Below are positions 49,380 to 61,607 of a stretch of DNA of 64,000 nt, in pieces. A model generated the notes under the pieces. The model was not told the DNA's origin, made no database searches, and saw only the letters and a list, made by a program, of their open reading frames with translations. The position numbers and the translations under genes were made by a program. How positions within the stretch are numbered: the stretch's first letter is position 1; each line of letters opens with the position of its first letter. The DNA is from Hemiscyllium ocellatum (lineage: Eukaryota), in NCBI RefSeq assembly GCF_020745735.1, contig NC_083410.1, forward strand, positions 4,996,117 to 5,060,116, written 5' to 3'.

Positions 49380-50109
49380 TCAATGGGTCAAAAAGCCTGG
49401 AACTCTCAAACTGCATTGTTAAACTATCAATCCCATACACAACAAACTCTCTCACTCACACACAGATAGAGGGGCTGAACAGCCTACCCCTATTCCAGTG
49501 TCCTTGGCCTCCCTTCTCACCTTCAAAGACCTGTGGGCAGCTGATACTATTCCCTTACTGTGGAGACTAAGCCACAGCTGAAACCTTCCCAAAAGGTCTC
49601 AAATTTTTCAACATTTTGAAGGAGAGGTTTGAGGAAATACAGAAATTAGTATATTTAAGACAGACATAGGTAGGTTCTTGATTGTCAACAGGATCAGGAG
49701 TTACAGGGAGAATAGGTTTGAGGAACTTACCAGCCATGATTGAACAGCAGAGCAGACTCAATGGGCTGAACAGTCTAATTTCTGCTCCTATATCTTATGG
49801 GCCTCTTAACCAGCAATCAGAAGAGAACACAGAACCTAGCACTTGGTACAAACCACCACCCTGAGCCCAATACCTGACCCTCCAAAGGCAGGTCAACTCC
49901 TTTTAAAAGTCATGGGCAGGGGGCAAGGGGAACTTGTTCCAAGCCAGAGTCTCGATCACACTGCGAACCTAATTGATGCAAAATGAGATGTGAATGTTGC
50001 CTTCCATCTTCACAAACACATATATAATACATCTGACACAAGCCTGACCTCAGCCCAATAACGCCCTGTCCTTGAGGAGTTTACTATTATGTTTGTTTGC
50101 ACAGAAACA

Positions 50110-50600
50110 ATTTCACGGATATGGAGCCCGTAAACGGTGCTGGTCATGGACCCACATTGACACTGAGCGTAACTGCAGTGGAAGACAGTCCCCAGTGCCT
50201 AGGCAGCGCCCTGCGAGCAGCGCGGGTAACTGGTGAGGAGGGGGGCGGGGGAGGTGGATGAACCCCGTCGATATACAAACGCAATGCACCACCAGCTGGC
50301 ACTTACCCGCCACGATCCTCCCCACCCCCGCCACCACCAGCAGCAGCAGCAAAGTGAGGAGCCTCCAGCACGCGCCTCCACTCACCTGGAAGCCGGTCCC
50401 TTGTGCTCGCGCAGCCGCTGGGCCGGGAACGCGCATCCCGCGGGAACAGCGTCTCTCTCCCACTTTCTGCGAGCGGCGAGCCGCCCCCTTTTTCTCTTTG
50501 TGACGCGTCATCCTTCAGCTCCCCAAACCTCATTGGTCGGGGTTGACGTCAGTCGGAATGGGATGGACCAATAGCAGGGCGGATTCGTGTAGCTTCATCT
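50110..50600. promoter_or_regulatory. CpG island / probable bidirectional promoter
   Basis: The only CpG-dense unique region in the window. TGACGCGTCA 50501-50510, CCAAT (minus) 50532-50536, perfect CRE TGACGTCA 50544-50551, CCAAT (plus) 50568-50572, GC box 50577-50582. Confidence 0.8.
50307..50436 (-). CDS. First coding exon encoding a signal peptide (phase 1 end)
   Basis: gggATG, MRVPGPAAARAQGTGFQVSGGACWRLLTLLLLLVVAGVGRIVA(G), donor G|GTAAGT at 50306. A second donor CAG|GTGAGT lies at 50385. The downstream partner exon is not proven. Confidence 0.65.
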
Positions 50601-52739
50601 CTCCTTCTGGATGGTTGTCTCTGTGTGCCCCAAGGATTGGTTTCTCCATCCCGCTGTCTCTTGTGTCCTTTAGCTGCTTTTGGTCCTTCCACCATCAGGT
50701 AAACGATCTGCATCTTCCCTGGGGTTTGCGGAGGAGGAGGAAGGCTGGGTGCTGCTTTTGTGGGGAGATTGTAGAGTTTTGCAGATAAAGACTGTTGGGA
50801 GGACTCGAACCTGCCTCTAACTGGTTCTAGCCTGTTCACTCTGGTTGCTGTGTGTCAGCAAAACCTGGGGAACCCAGATCCGAAAATCCACCGACTTTAA
50901 TCCCCCACACCCTGTACCAAACAATCTCTGAGCGAGGCATTTGCTTCTTTTAAAAAGAAATCGGAAAGAACTTGCATTTTCTCTTGTGTGTGTGTATATA
51001 TATATAAAAACAACACCCTTTTCTGACCACAGAATGACCCAAAGAGCTCTGCAGCCTCTTTGAACTGGAATGCAGAGAAAAAAAACAAGCGAGATTGGTC
51101 CAGACGCAATAAGCGTTTTATTATTTTTTTGCTGTTGTTTTGTGATGTTGCTAGCAGAAGGGCTGTTGTGTTTGGTTTTCTGTGATGCTGCTTCGAAATG
51201 GTTGGGAGGGAAAGATGGTGCCGTGTTTAAAGCCGTCAATAATGTAAACGGTGTGCTACCTCCAACTCCGCCGCATTCGCTCAATATCTCAATTTTTTTT
51301 CCCCACCAGAGCTGAAAAGTGTCGTGATGTTTCAGGGCTTTTAGTTAATTACATGGGGTGGGTTACTGTGGAAAGCAGAATAAATGCCAAAGGGATAACA
51401 GTACAAATTAAAATAGGATAGAAATGTATAAACTGAGATCAGTGGATTGGTGGATGCAGTAGCTGGCACTTATTTCGTAAATATAACCCCAAAGTGTTTC
51501 ACAGGAATGTCATGAAATCTAACACTGAGCTACGATAGGGAAGATGAGTAAAAATGATCAAAGAGGGAGGTTTTAAGAAAAGCCTTAAATGAGGTGATAG
51601 AAAAAAATGTTAATATTTCTGTTCTGCGACTGCTGCACTTTTACAGAGAAGCTCAAGAAACCAACAGCTTAAATTTTCTGCTTAGGCACTTCACGGGTAC
51701 AATGTTGAACTCAGTAGCATTTGAAACCGACTACCTTATGCCTGTTTTCCCATTTTCTTACCTTCTCTTCCTGTTCCCCACCCATCCACTTTATCTTGTT
51801 AATGTCTTGTTTACTCTTAGTAGAGAGGATCCACTCTTACCCATCACATTAATTTACACCCATTTTACATCTCTCTTTCTTTGTCATCACCATTGACGAT
51901 CCCTTTATCTTTCTCACTGGGTCTGCCTCAAGTTTTCTTTTAAAAATGCCAACACTTTTCCATGTAGGAGAAGTCATCCCTGGTTTGAAACATTAACTCT
52001 GTTTCTCTTTCCACAGATGCTCCCAGACCTGCTGGGTTTGTCCGGCATTCTCTGTTGGTAGAGAGACTGAGCAGGTCAGGAACGGTAGAGCTTAGGCAAT
52101 TTAACGTAATGCACGCTCTACATTGGAGAGACAAAATAGGTGATTGCATTATAGACCACCTCTGTGTGATCCTGACCTCCTGGTCTCCTGTCAGTTTAAT
52201 TCACTACCCAGTTCCACTCTCACCTTCATGACCTGCACTTTTTCCAATGTGATCAACACAAGCTTGAGGAAGAATACTTCATCTATCTCAGATTTTTTTT
52301 TAGACAAACATTGAGTTCAACAATTTCAAAACATAACCCTCTTTTTTTCTTGCATAAATGATAATTCTGTAATTTGTATTTCCTTTTATGACTAACACCA
52401 ATGGTTAAAATTGGAGGAGGCTGTTCTGCTGCTCAAACCTATCCCACCATTCAATGCAATTAATGCTGATCTTCTACCTCAAATCCATCTTTTTGAACAA
52501 TCCCCATATTCCTTTCTTCCTTGTAGTATCAGCCCATCACACCACCAAAACTACTCTCATCAAATTTACAACTGCCATTCTCCAGGACTGTGACAAGAGT
52601 AAATTATCCCATCTTATTTTTTTTTCTTGCAATGTCTTTTTTAAATATGGTTTGCCACATCATCTTCGCATGCCTCTCTACTGTCTTCCAGCTGGTGGGA
52701 TTACCCTCATCTATTTCCACTCATATGTGAATTACCTGA

Positions 52740-53540
52740 AATAGTTTCCTCTGGTATCATCCCGTGGACAGACTATCTTTGTCTCTCCTACTTCTCATGT
52801 ATGTGTTGCCTCTTGATGATGTCATTGAAAGCAACAGTGTTCATTTATACATAGATGTTGATGATACCACCTCTACCAGCACCACTTTTGACATCCCACT
52901 TCCAACCCCTTATAATCTGTTAAAACTATTTTATTCAATATCCAGAACCAAGGGACAGAAATTTCCTCGGTTTTAGGTATTGGGATGAGCGGAACTTTTG
53001 TCTTTGGTCCCCATCATGAACCCAGTTCCCATCATTGTTTCTCATCCCCTCCCAGGTAGATTTCTGAGGCTGAACTAAATTATTTGCAAGTCTGATCAAA
53101 GATGTAAGCATGTTTCAACTACATACTCATTTCATTGTCCAATCTCCATCTCAATAAGATCATCTAATTCGGTCCTTTCCAAAAGTCATCCTCTGCTGAA
53201 ACCTTAATCCATACGTCCAGATTTAAACATTGCAATGCCTGCCTGGATTGCCTCTCATATTCGATACTCCATATATTTGAGGACATCCAAAATTCTGTTG
53301 CGTGCCATCTGATATGCACCCAATCCTGTTGACCCCGGAGTCCTAGCTTGCTAACCTGTACTGGATACCAGTCCAAGCATTGTCTTTATTTTAAACATCT
53401 CATCCTTGCTTTCAATTTCCTCCCATCACCTGTTCCCTCATTATCTCTGTAACCGCCTTCAGCGTGGCGTGAGCTTCTGAGATCTCTTCTTCCCTTTCTG
53501 ACTCAGTGCTCCCTTGCCATTGGCAACCATGTTTTCAACT
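52740..53540 (+). mobile_element. Old L2-type LINE remnant
   Basis: Decayed RT (…YIDVDDT…) and an L2-like 3' region (gcctcagtgctcccttgccattggcaaccatg). A similar L2 3' end lies at ~38060-38330. Confidence 0.55.
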
Positions 53541-53599
53541 AACTTGACCCAAAGCACTGGTAATCCATCTCTGAACCCTCGCTGCCTCTCAAACTACAG

Positions 53600-54500
53600 A
53601 ACATTGGTTAAGCCATTGTTAGAATATTGCGTGCAATTCTTGTCTCCTTCCTCTCGGAAAGATGTGGTGAAACCTGAAAGGGTTCAGAAAAGATTTACAA
53701 GGATGTTGCCAGAGTTGGAGGATTTGAGCTACAGGGAGAGGTTGACTAGGCTGGGGCTGTTTTCTCTAGAGCGTCAGAGGCTGAGAGGTTGCCTTATAGA
53801 GGTTTATTAAAACATGAGGGGCATTAGATTAGATTAGATTACTTACAGTGTGGAAACAGGCCCTTCGGCCCAACAAGTCCACACCGACCCGCCGAAGCGC
53901 AACCCACCCATACCCCTACATTTACCCCTTACCTAACACTACGGGCAACTTAGCATGGCCAATTCACCTGAATCGCACATCTTTGAAATGTGGGAGGAAA
54001 CCGGAGCACCCGGAGGAAACCCACGCAGACACGGGGAGAACGTGCAAACTCCACACAGTCAGTCACCTGAGTCGGGAATTGAACCCAGGTCGCTGGCGCT
54101 GTGAGGCAGCAGTGTTAACCACTGTGCCACCGTGCCGCCCTTAAATGGACGGCATGGATAGGTTAAATAGACAAAGTCTCTTCCCTGGGATGGGGGAGTC
54201 CAGAACGGGAGGGCATAGGTTTAGGGTGAGACGGGAAAAATATAAAAAAGACCTGAGGGGCAACTGTTTCACGCAGGGGATGGTACGTGTATGGATTGAG
54301 ATGCCAGAGGAAATGGTGAAGGCTGGTACAATTGCAACATTTAAAAGGCATCTGGATGGGTATATGAATAGGAAGGGTTTGGAGGGATATGGGCCGGGTG
54401 CTGGCAGGTGGGACTGGATTGGGTTGGGATATCTGGTCGGCATGGACAAGTTGGACCGAAGGGTATGTTTCCATGCTATACATCACTATGACTCTAAGTC
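53600..54500 (+). mobile_element. CR1 3' fragment split by an antisense HE1-like SINE (53826-54139, minus)
   Basis: The CR1 text resumes across the SINE (…aaacatgaggggcat | ggcatggatagg…). Confidence 0.85.
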
Positions 54501-54911
54501 ACTAACTTAAAACTATAGCTTAAACTAACACTAGAATTTAGCTATCTGTGGTAACAATCACTTTTTAAGCACCGTGTTAATATTTGCCTCCTGACATTCT
54601 GGGATATTTTGCCATAAAAGGCATTTCCTTATTCCTCTACATTTATGTTGCTGTGTAATGGGGAACTTTGTATACGATAATATAACCCAGTGGAGTCCTG
54701 TTTATCTGGAAAGTCAAGGTGGTAAAACAAAATTTAACGTCTTTACACAAACTCAGCACAGACTGCATGTGAGCTCAGTGAATACTTTGCACCTATATTG
54801 AATTATTTTAGTCACATATACCTAAGTACAGTGAAAAGCTTTATTTTGAGAGCAGTACAGGCAGAGCATAGCATAAATCACATACAGATATAGGATGTTT
54901 GGACACAGAAA

Positions 54912-56170
54912 GACATAGAACAAAGAACGTTGCAGCTCAGTACAGGCCCTTCGGCCCTTGATGTTGTGTCAACATGTGAAACCAATCTGATGCCCATCTA
55001 ACATCCACTATTTCATTCTCGTCCATGTGTCTATCCAGTGATCATTTAAATGTTCTTAAATGGCAAGTCTACAACTGTTGCAGGCAGTGTGTTCTACGCC
55101 CCTTTACTCTCTAAGTAAAGAAACCACCTCTGACATCTGTCCTATATCTTTCACTCCTTAATTTAAAGCTATGTCCTCTCGTGCTAGCCATCACCATTGA
55201 AGGAAAAAGACTCACCATCCAACTTATCTAACCCTCTGATTATCTAATATGTCTCAATTAAGTCACCTCTCAACCTTCTTTCTGACGAAAACAGTCTCAA
55301 GTCAGTCCCTCAGCCTTTCCTTGCAAGACCTTCTCCCCCTACCAAGCAACACCCTCGTAAATCTCCTCTGAACCCTTTCCAAAACTTCCACATCTTTTCT
55401 ATAATGCGGAGATCAGAACTGTATGCAGTACTCCAAAAGTGACAATGTGACCACACCAGAGTTTTGTATAGCTGCAACATGATCTGATCTAAACCGCGAA
55501 ATCAAACTCATGCCTCTGTATTTCCTGCAATATCCTACTGTGGGGAACCTTTATCGAATGGAGAAAGCGAGGTCTGCAGATGCTGGAGATCAGAGAGACC
55601 TTCTTCAAGGAAGGCATTCTTGCAAGAGGATTCGCAGTAGGTTAAAATCTTCGAGGAGAAAGTGAGGTCTGCATATGCTGGAGACCTTTCCAGCAACGCA
55701 TTTTCAGCTGCTGCCTGACCTGCTGCGCTTTTCCAGCAACACATTTTCAGCTGCTGCCTGACCTGCTGCGCTTTTCCAGCAACACATTTTCAGCTGATGC
55801 TGCCTGACCTGCGCTTTTCCAGCAACACATTTTCAGCTGATGCTGCCAGACCTGCACTTTTCCAGCAACACATTTTCAGCAGCAACCTTTATCGAATGCC
55901 TGACTGAAATCCATATACACCACATCAACTGCTTTACCCTCATCCACCTGTTTGGTCACCTTCTCAAAGAACTCAATAAGGTTTGTGAAGCATGACCTAC
56001 CCTTCACAAATCTGTGTTGACCATCCCCAATCAAGTTATTCCTTTCCTATAATAATTATAATTCCTATCTCTTGTAACCTTTTCTAACACTTTACCCACA
56101 ACTAAAGTAAGGCTCACAGGTTTATAATTTCCAGGGTTGTCTCTACTCCCCTTCTTGAACAAAGGAATAA
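54912..56170 (-). mobile_element. Internally deleted CR1 fragment carrying a PLE-derived insertion
   Basis: CR1 3' end at ~54912. The RT segment resumes on both sides of 55561-55883. Confidence 0.8.
55561..55883. repeat. PLE-derived composite insertion with 43-bp tandem array and 15-bp TSD
   Basis: TSD aacctttatcgaatg at 55546-55560 and 55884-55898. Units start at 55686, 55729, 55772, 55815 and 55858. Confidence 0.85.
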
Positions 56171-56424
56171 CTGCACAGGAGGTGCACAAAGCAAGATCAA
56201 CATTATTTGAAGTTTTAAAGGTTCATTCAGCAGTCTAATAATGGCATGGAAGAAGCTGTTTTTGAACTTGTTGGTGCATGTATTAAAGCTATTGTATCTT
56301 CTGCCTAATGGAGGAGATTAGAAGAGAACATTACCAGGATGGGAGAGGTCTTTGATGATGTTGGCAGTCTTTCCATGGCCGTGTAAATGGAGTTCATGGA
56401 TAGGAAGCTGGCTTCTGTGATAGA

Positions 56425-59400
56425 AAAGGAACATTACAGTGCAGTACAGGCCCTTCAGCCCTCAATGTTGTACTGATTTGTGAAACTAATCTGAAGCCAT
56501 GTCCCCTCATGCTTGCCATTATCATCTGAGTGAAAAGGCTCTCACTGTCTCAGTGGTTAGCACTGCTGCCTCACAGCACCAGGGTCCCAGGGTCAATTCC
56601 AGCCTCGGGCAACTGTCTGTGTGGAGTTTGCACATTCTCCCTGTGTCGGTGTGGGTTTTCTCTGGGTACTCCAGTTTCCTCCCACAATCCAAAGATGTGC
56701 AGGTCAGGTGAATTGGCCATGCTAAATTGTCCCATAGTGTTAGGTGCATTAGAGAGGTGGGTGGGTTACCCTTCAGAGGGTCGGTGTGGACTTGTTGGGC
56801 CGAAAGGCCTGTTTCCACACTGTAGGGAATCTTATCTAATTTATCTAATCATCTTGCATATCTCTATTAAGTCACATTTTAACTTTCTCCAGTCTAACAA
56901 AAACAGCCTCAAGTTCCTCAGCCTTTCCTCATTAGATCTTCCTTCCATAGCAGGCAACATCCTCGTAAATCTCCTCTGCACCCTTTCCAATGCCTCCACT
57001 TCCTTTCTATAATGCAGCGACCAGAACTGTATGCAGTACTCCCAAGTGCGGCTGCACCAGAGTTTTGTACAGCTGCAAAACTCATGGCTCCGAAACATGA
57101 TCCCATTACCAATAAAAGCTAACACCGTATGCCACCTTGCAACCCTATCAACCTGGCTGGCAACTTTCAGGGATCTATGTTCATGAACACTGAGATCTCT
57201 CTGCTCATCCACACTACCAAGAATCTTACCATTAGCCCAGTATTTTATATTCCTGTTTCTCCTTCCAAAGTGAATCACCTCGCACTTTTCCACAATAAGC
57301 TCCATTTGGCACCTCTCAGCCCAGATCTGTAGCTTATCCATGTCCCTCTGCACCCTGTAACATCTTTCCACACTGTCCACAACTCTACCAACCTTAGTGT
57401 CATCCTGAAATTTACAAATCTATCTTCTACGCCCTCATCCAAGTCATTTATAAAAATGACAAACAGCAGTGGATTCAAAACAGATCCTTGCGGTGCCCCA
57501 CTAGTATCTGAACTCCAGGTTGAACATTTTCCCATCAACCAACACTCTCTGTCTTCTTTAGCTAGCCAATTTCTGATCCAAATGGCTAAAACACCCTCTG
57601 TATTTTCAGCAATAGCCTACCACAGGGAACTTATCAAACGCCTTACCAAAATCTATATACACCACATCAACCGCTTTACCCTCATCTACGTGTTTGTTGC
57701 CAAATCAAAGAAGTCATTAAGGTTTGTGAGGCGCAATCTACCCTTCACAAAACCATGTTGACTATCCCTAATCAAGTTATTCCTTTCCAGATGATTATAA
57801 ATCCTAGCTCTTATAACCCTTTCCGACACTACCCACAACTGAAGTAAGGCTCACAGGTCTATAATTTCCAGGGTTGTCTCTACTTCACTTCTTGAACAAG
57901 GGGAGAACATTTGCTATTCTCCAGTCTACAGCAAGAATGCCAGAAGACAAGGATGACATAAAGATCAAAGCCAAAGGTTCTTCAATCTCCTCTCTAGCTT
58001 CACAGAGGATTCTAGGATAAATTCCATCCGGCCCAGGAGACTTGTCTATTTTCACATTTTCCATAATTGCTGACACCTCCTCCTTATGAACCTCAATCCC
58101 ATCTAGTCTAATAGCCTGTACCTCAGTATTCTCCTCGACAAAGTTGTCTTTTTCCTGTGTAAATTCTGATGAAACATATTCATTTAGTGCTTCCCCTTTC
58201 TCCTTGGACTCCACGAACAACTTCCCACTACTATCCATGACTGGCCCTAATCTTACTCTCCTCATTCCTTTATTCCTGACATAGCTATAGAAAGCTTTAG
58301 AGTTTTCCTTGATCCTATCTGTCAAAGACTTCTCATGTCCCCTCCTGTCTCTTTAGCTCTTTCTTTAGGTCTTTCCAGGCTAACTTGTAACTCTCAAGCC
58401 CCTGAGTGAGCCGCACGTTTCTGCTTTATGTAAGCCTCCTTCTTCCTCTTGACAAAAGATTCAACTTCTTTAGTAAACCATGGCTCCCTCACTCAACCAC
58501 TTCTTCCCTGCCTGATGAAGGACATGCAGTAGCTGTTCCTTGAACAAGCTCCACATTTTAATTGTGCCCATCCCCTGAAGTTGCCTTCCCCATCCTATGC
58601 ATCTTAAATCTTGCCTAATGGCATCATAATTGCCTTTCCCCCAGCTATAACTTGCCTTGTGGTATATATTTATCCCTTTCCATCGCTAAAATAAACATAA
58701 CCAAATTGTGGTCACTATCACCAAAGTGCTCATCTATCTCCAAGCCTAACAACACGTTCATTACCCGTACCAAATCCAATGTGGCTTCACCTGTTTTTGA
58801 CCTAACTTCATACTGTGTCTGGAAACTCTTCTACACACATTGGACAAACATTGACATATCTATAGTACTCAAATTATAGCATTTCTAGTCAACATTTGGA
58901 AAGTTAAAGTCCCACATAACAACTACCCTCTTTCACTCCTATCCAGAATCATCTTTGCAATCCTTTCCTCTACATCTCTGGAACTTTACAGAGGCCTATA
59001 GAAAACTTCCAACTGGGTGACCTCTCCTTTCCTGTTTCTAACCTCAGCCCATGCTATCTCAGTGGATGAGCTCTCATCAGATGTCCTTGCCGTTGTCCTA
59101 ATACCGTCCTTGACTAACAATGCCACACTTTCCCCTCTTTTATCACCTTCTCTGTTCTTACTGAAACATCTAAATCCTGGAACTGCAACAACCATTCCTG
59201 ACCCTGCTCTATCCATGTCTCCGAAATGGCCACTACATCAAAGTCCCAGGTACCAACCCATGCTGCAGGTTCACCCACCTTATTTCGAATGCTGCTGGCA
59301 TTGAAGTAGACACACTTCAAACCACCTTCCTGCCTGCTATTGCATTCTCGCAATCTTGAAACCTTATTTCTGACCTCACTACTCTCAACCTCCTGTTATC

Positions 59401-60420
59401 CTCCAGTCTACAGGAAGAGGAGCTACAATTCAGTTTCCCATTCCCTTGCTGAATTAGTTTAAACCCTCCGAAGAGCATTAGCAAATGTCCCCTCTGGTTC
59501 AGGTGAAGACCATCCTGTTTGTAGAGGTCCCACCTACCCCAGAGAGAGCCCCAATTATCCAGAAATCCAAAACCCTCCCTCCTGCACCATCCCTATAGCC
59601 GCATGTTCAACTCCTCTCTCCATTATTCCTTGCCTTGCTAGCACGTGGCACAAGTAACAAACCAAAGATGATAACTCTTTATTGTAGCTCTAAGCTTCTA
59701 CCCTAGCTCCTTGAATTTCTGCCTTACATCCCTGTCCCTTTTTTCCTATCAATGTTGTTTGTGCCTATGTAGACCATGACTTGGAGCTCCCCCCCCAGCC
59801 AAGGATCCCCAAAACACAACACAAGACATCATGAACCCTGGCACCTGGGAGGCAACATACCAACTGTGAGTCTCTCTCATTCCCACAGAACCTCCCATGT
59901 GGTCCCCCTAACTATGGAGTCCCCATTGACTAATGTTCCTCTCCCCACTTCCCTTCTGAGCAACATGGACAGACTCTGTGCCAAAGAGCTGTACCCCATG
60001 GCTAACCCCTCGTACGTGCCATCCCCCTCCCCCCACAGTATCCAAAATGGTATACCTGCTATTGTGGGGAACGGCCACTGGGGGTCCCTGCACCATCTGC
60101 TGGTTTCCCTTCCATCCCCTGAAGGTAACCCATCTGCCCTTTTTCCTCTGCCTGAGGTGTGACTACCTCCCTGTAACTCCCCTCAATTATCCTGTCAACC
60201 TCCCATATGATCCAAAGTTCAACCAGCTCCAATTCCCTGTTGTGATTTCGGAGGAGCTGGAGTTGGGTGCACTTGTTGAAGTCAGTGGGGACACTAGTGG
60301 TGACCTTTACTTCCCACATTCTACAGGAGGAGCATGCCCTACTGTCCATTCCACTGTTCTGAATTCCCAAACAGACTTTATTTTTAAAATAGCCCAGTAA
60401 GCTTACCAATCGGGCACATA
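56425..60420 (-). mobile_element. Old near-full-length CR1 (frameshifted ORF1+ORF2) with a SINE inserted at 56546-56846 (+)
   Basis: Broken ORFs collinear with the young copy. It retains the ORF1 N-terminus (SRACSSCRMWEV…KCTQLQLL) at ~60230-60370. Confidence 0.9.
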
Positions 60421-60559
60421 GAACCTTTTTTTTGGTTCGAGGAGGAGGATGGGAGGGAGACACCACCAAAGTAGTGTTTTGGGTAAAGCAACCTCCCAAA
60501 ATATTACCTCACTGACTCAGCTGTCTATATCTGCTCCTGCACAGTGTGTGCTCCACCTC

Positions 60560-61574
60560 TTCATGAAGTATGTTTTTAAAGGATTAATTTACCCTCCCAG
60601 TAGCCCCCGGTCCTCCCTCTTGCTGCTCCCAAAGATAGTCTGGGCTATACACACAACTTCCTATAATTTCTTTTGGTCCTGGGCAGAGCAGTTGCCGTAC
60701 CAGGGGCCGTTATTTACCTGGATAGAACGCTTTTTGTGTTGCACCTGTAAATGTTGTTGAGGGTCCTTATGGACATGCTGACTTTGCTGACCTGCCTGAA
60801 GAAGAAAAGGAGTTGTTGTGTCTTCTTCTTAACTGTAGCATCTAAGTGGGAGGTTCAGGACAGGTCGGTTATCATCTCTTCTAGGAATTTGACACTCTCA
60901 ACCTCAGCTCCATTGATGTAGATAGGAGCACGTCCTCCTTTTTTCTACCTGAAGTCAATGATCAGTTCTTTTGTTTTTCTGACATTGAGAGAGACCTTGT
61001 TATCATTGCACCATGACACTAAGCCCTCTATTTCCTTCCTGTATTCTGACTGATCATCGTTTGTTATGAAGCAGAGGTTGACCCCGCCCCCCCCGCCACC
61101 ACGAACTAAAACCGAAACACCCAAAGAGGAGCATCTCACCCTATAATCTGTAAAAGGAGGGTGGAAAGTGGGGATAACTTGCTTTTTAGCAACCTTCTAG
61201 TGGTGAAATGAATTAAATCCCTGACACTCACTTTAAAATCAACCAATAATAATTTATTTATCTATTTCTAGCAGTGAACAAATTAACTAAACTGTTAACA
61301 AACCAAATAAATCCCTTCTAACTACTAACTATTCCCAAATAAATTAAGATTCTAATGGTAGGCTGTTCCAATAAATATGAGTCCCACTCATTTTGGAAAA
61401 AAAAAGTAGAATTAGGTCTCTCAAAATTACAGCCAGGTTATATGTGTCTTCCAGAACGTTCTGTGTCTTCTCTTTCGATTTCTTCTGTCAGCAATATTAA
61501 CTTGTGCTGTTAGTACCATTGTTACTTAGATGGTGCTTTCTCTCAGACATAGATGAGGCTGTGAGAGCCAGCGA

Positions 61575-61607
<33 letters not shown>

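Noticed and set aside
51130-51340. Possible C/D-box snoRNA from repeated gtgatg motifs
   Set aside because: No complete RTGATGA C box paired with a CTGA D box and terminal stem.
55686-55883. CRISPR-like repeat array
   Set aside because: The units are contiguous with no unique spacers, derive from pLTR sequence, and the context is eukaryotic.
1736-56846. tRNA genes suggested by A/B boxes (gtggttagcac…ggttcaattccc)
   Set aside because: All are heads of ~300-bp SINEs with a shared core and LINE-derived tail; none is a standalone cloverleaf.
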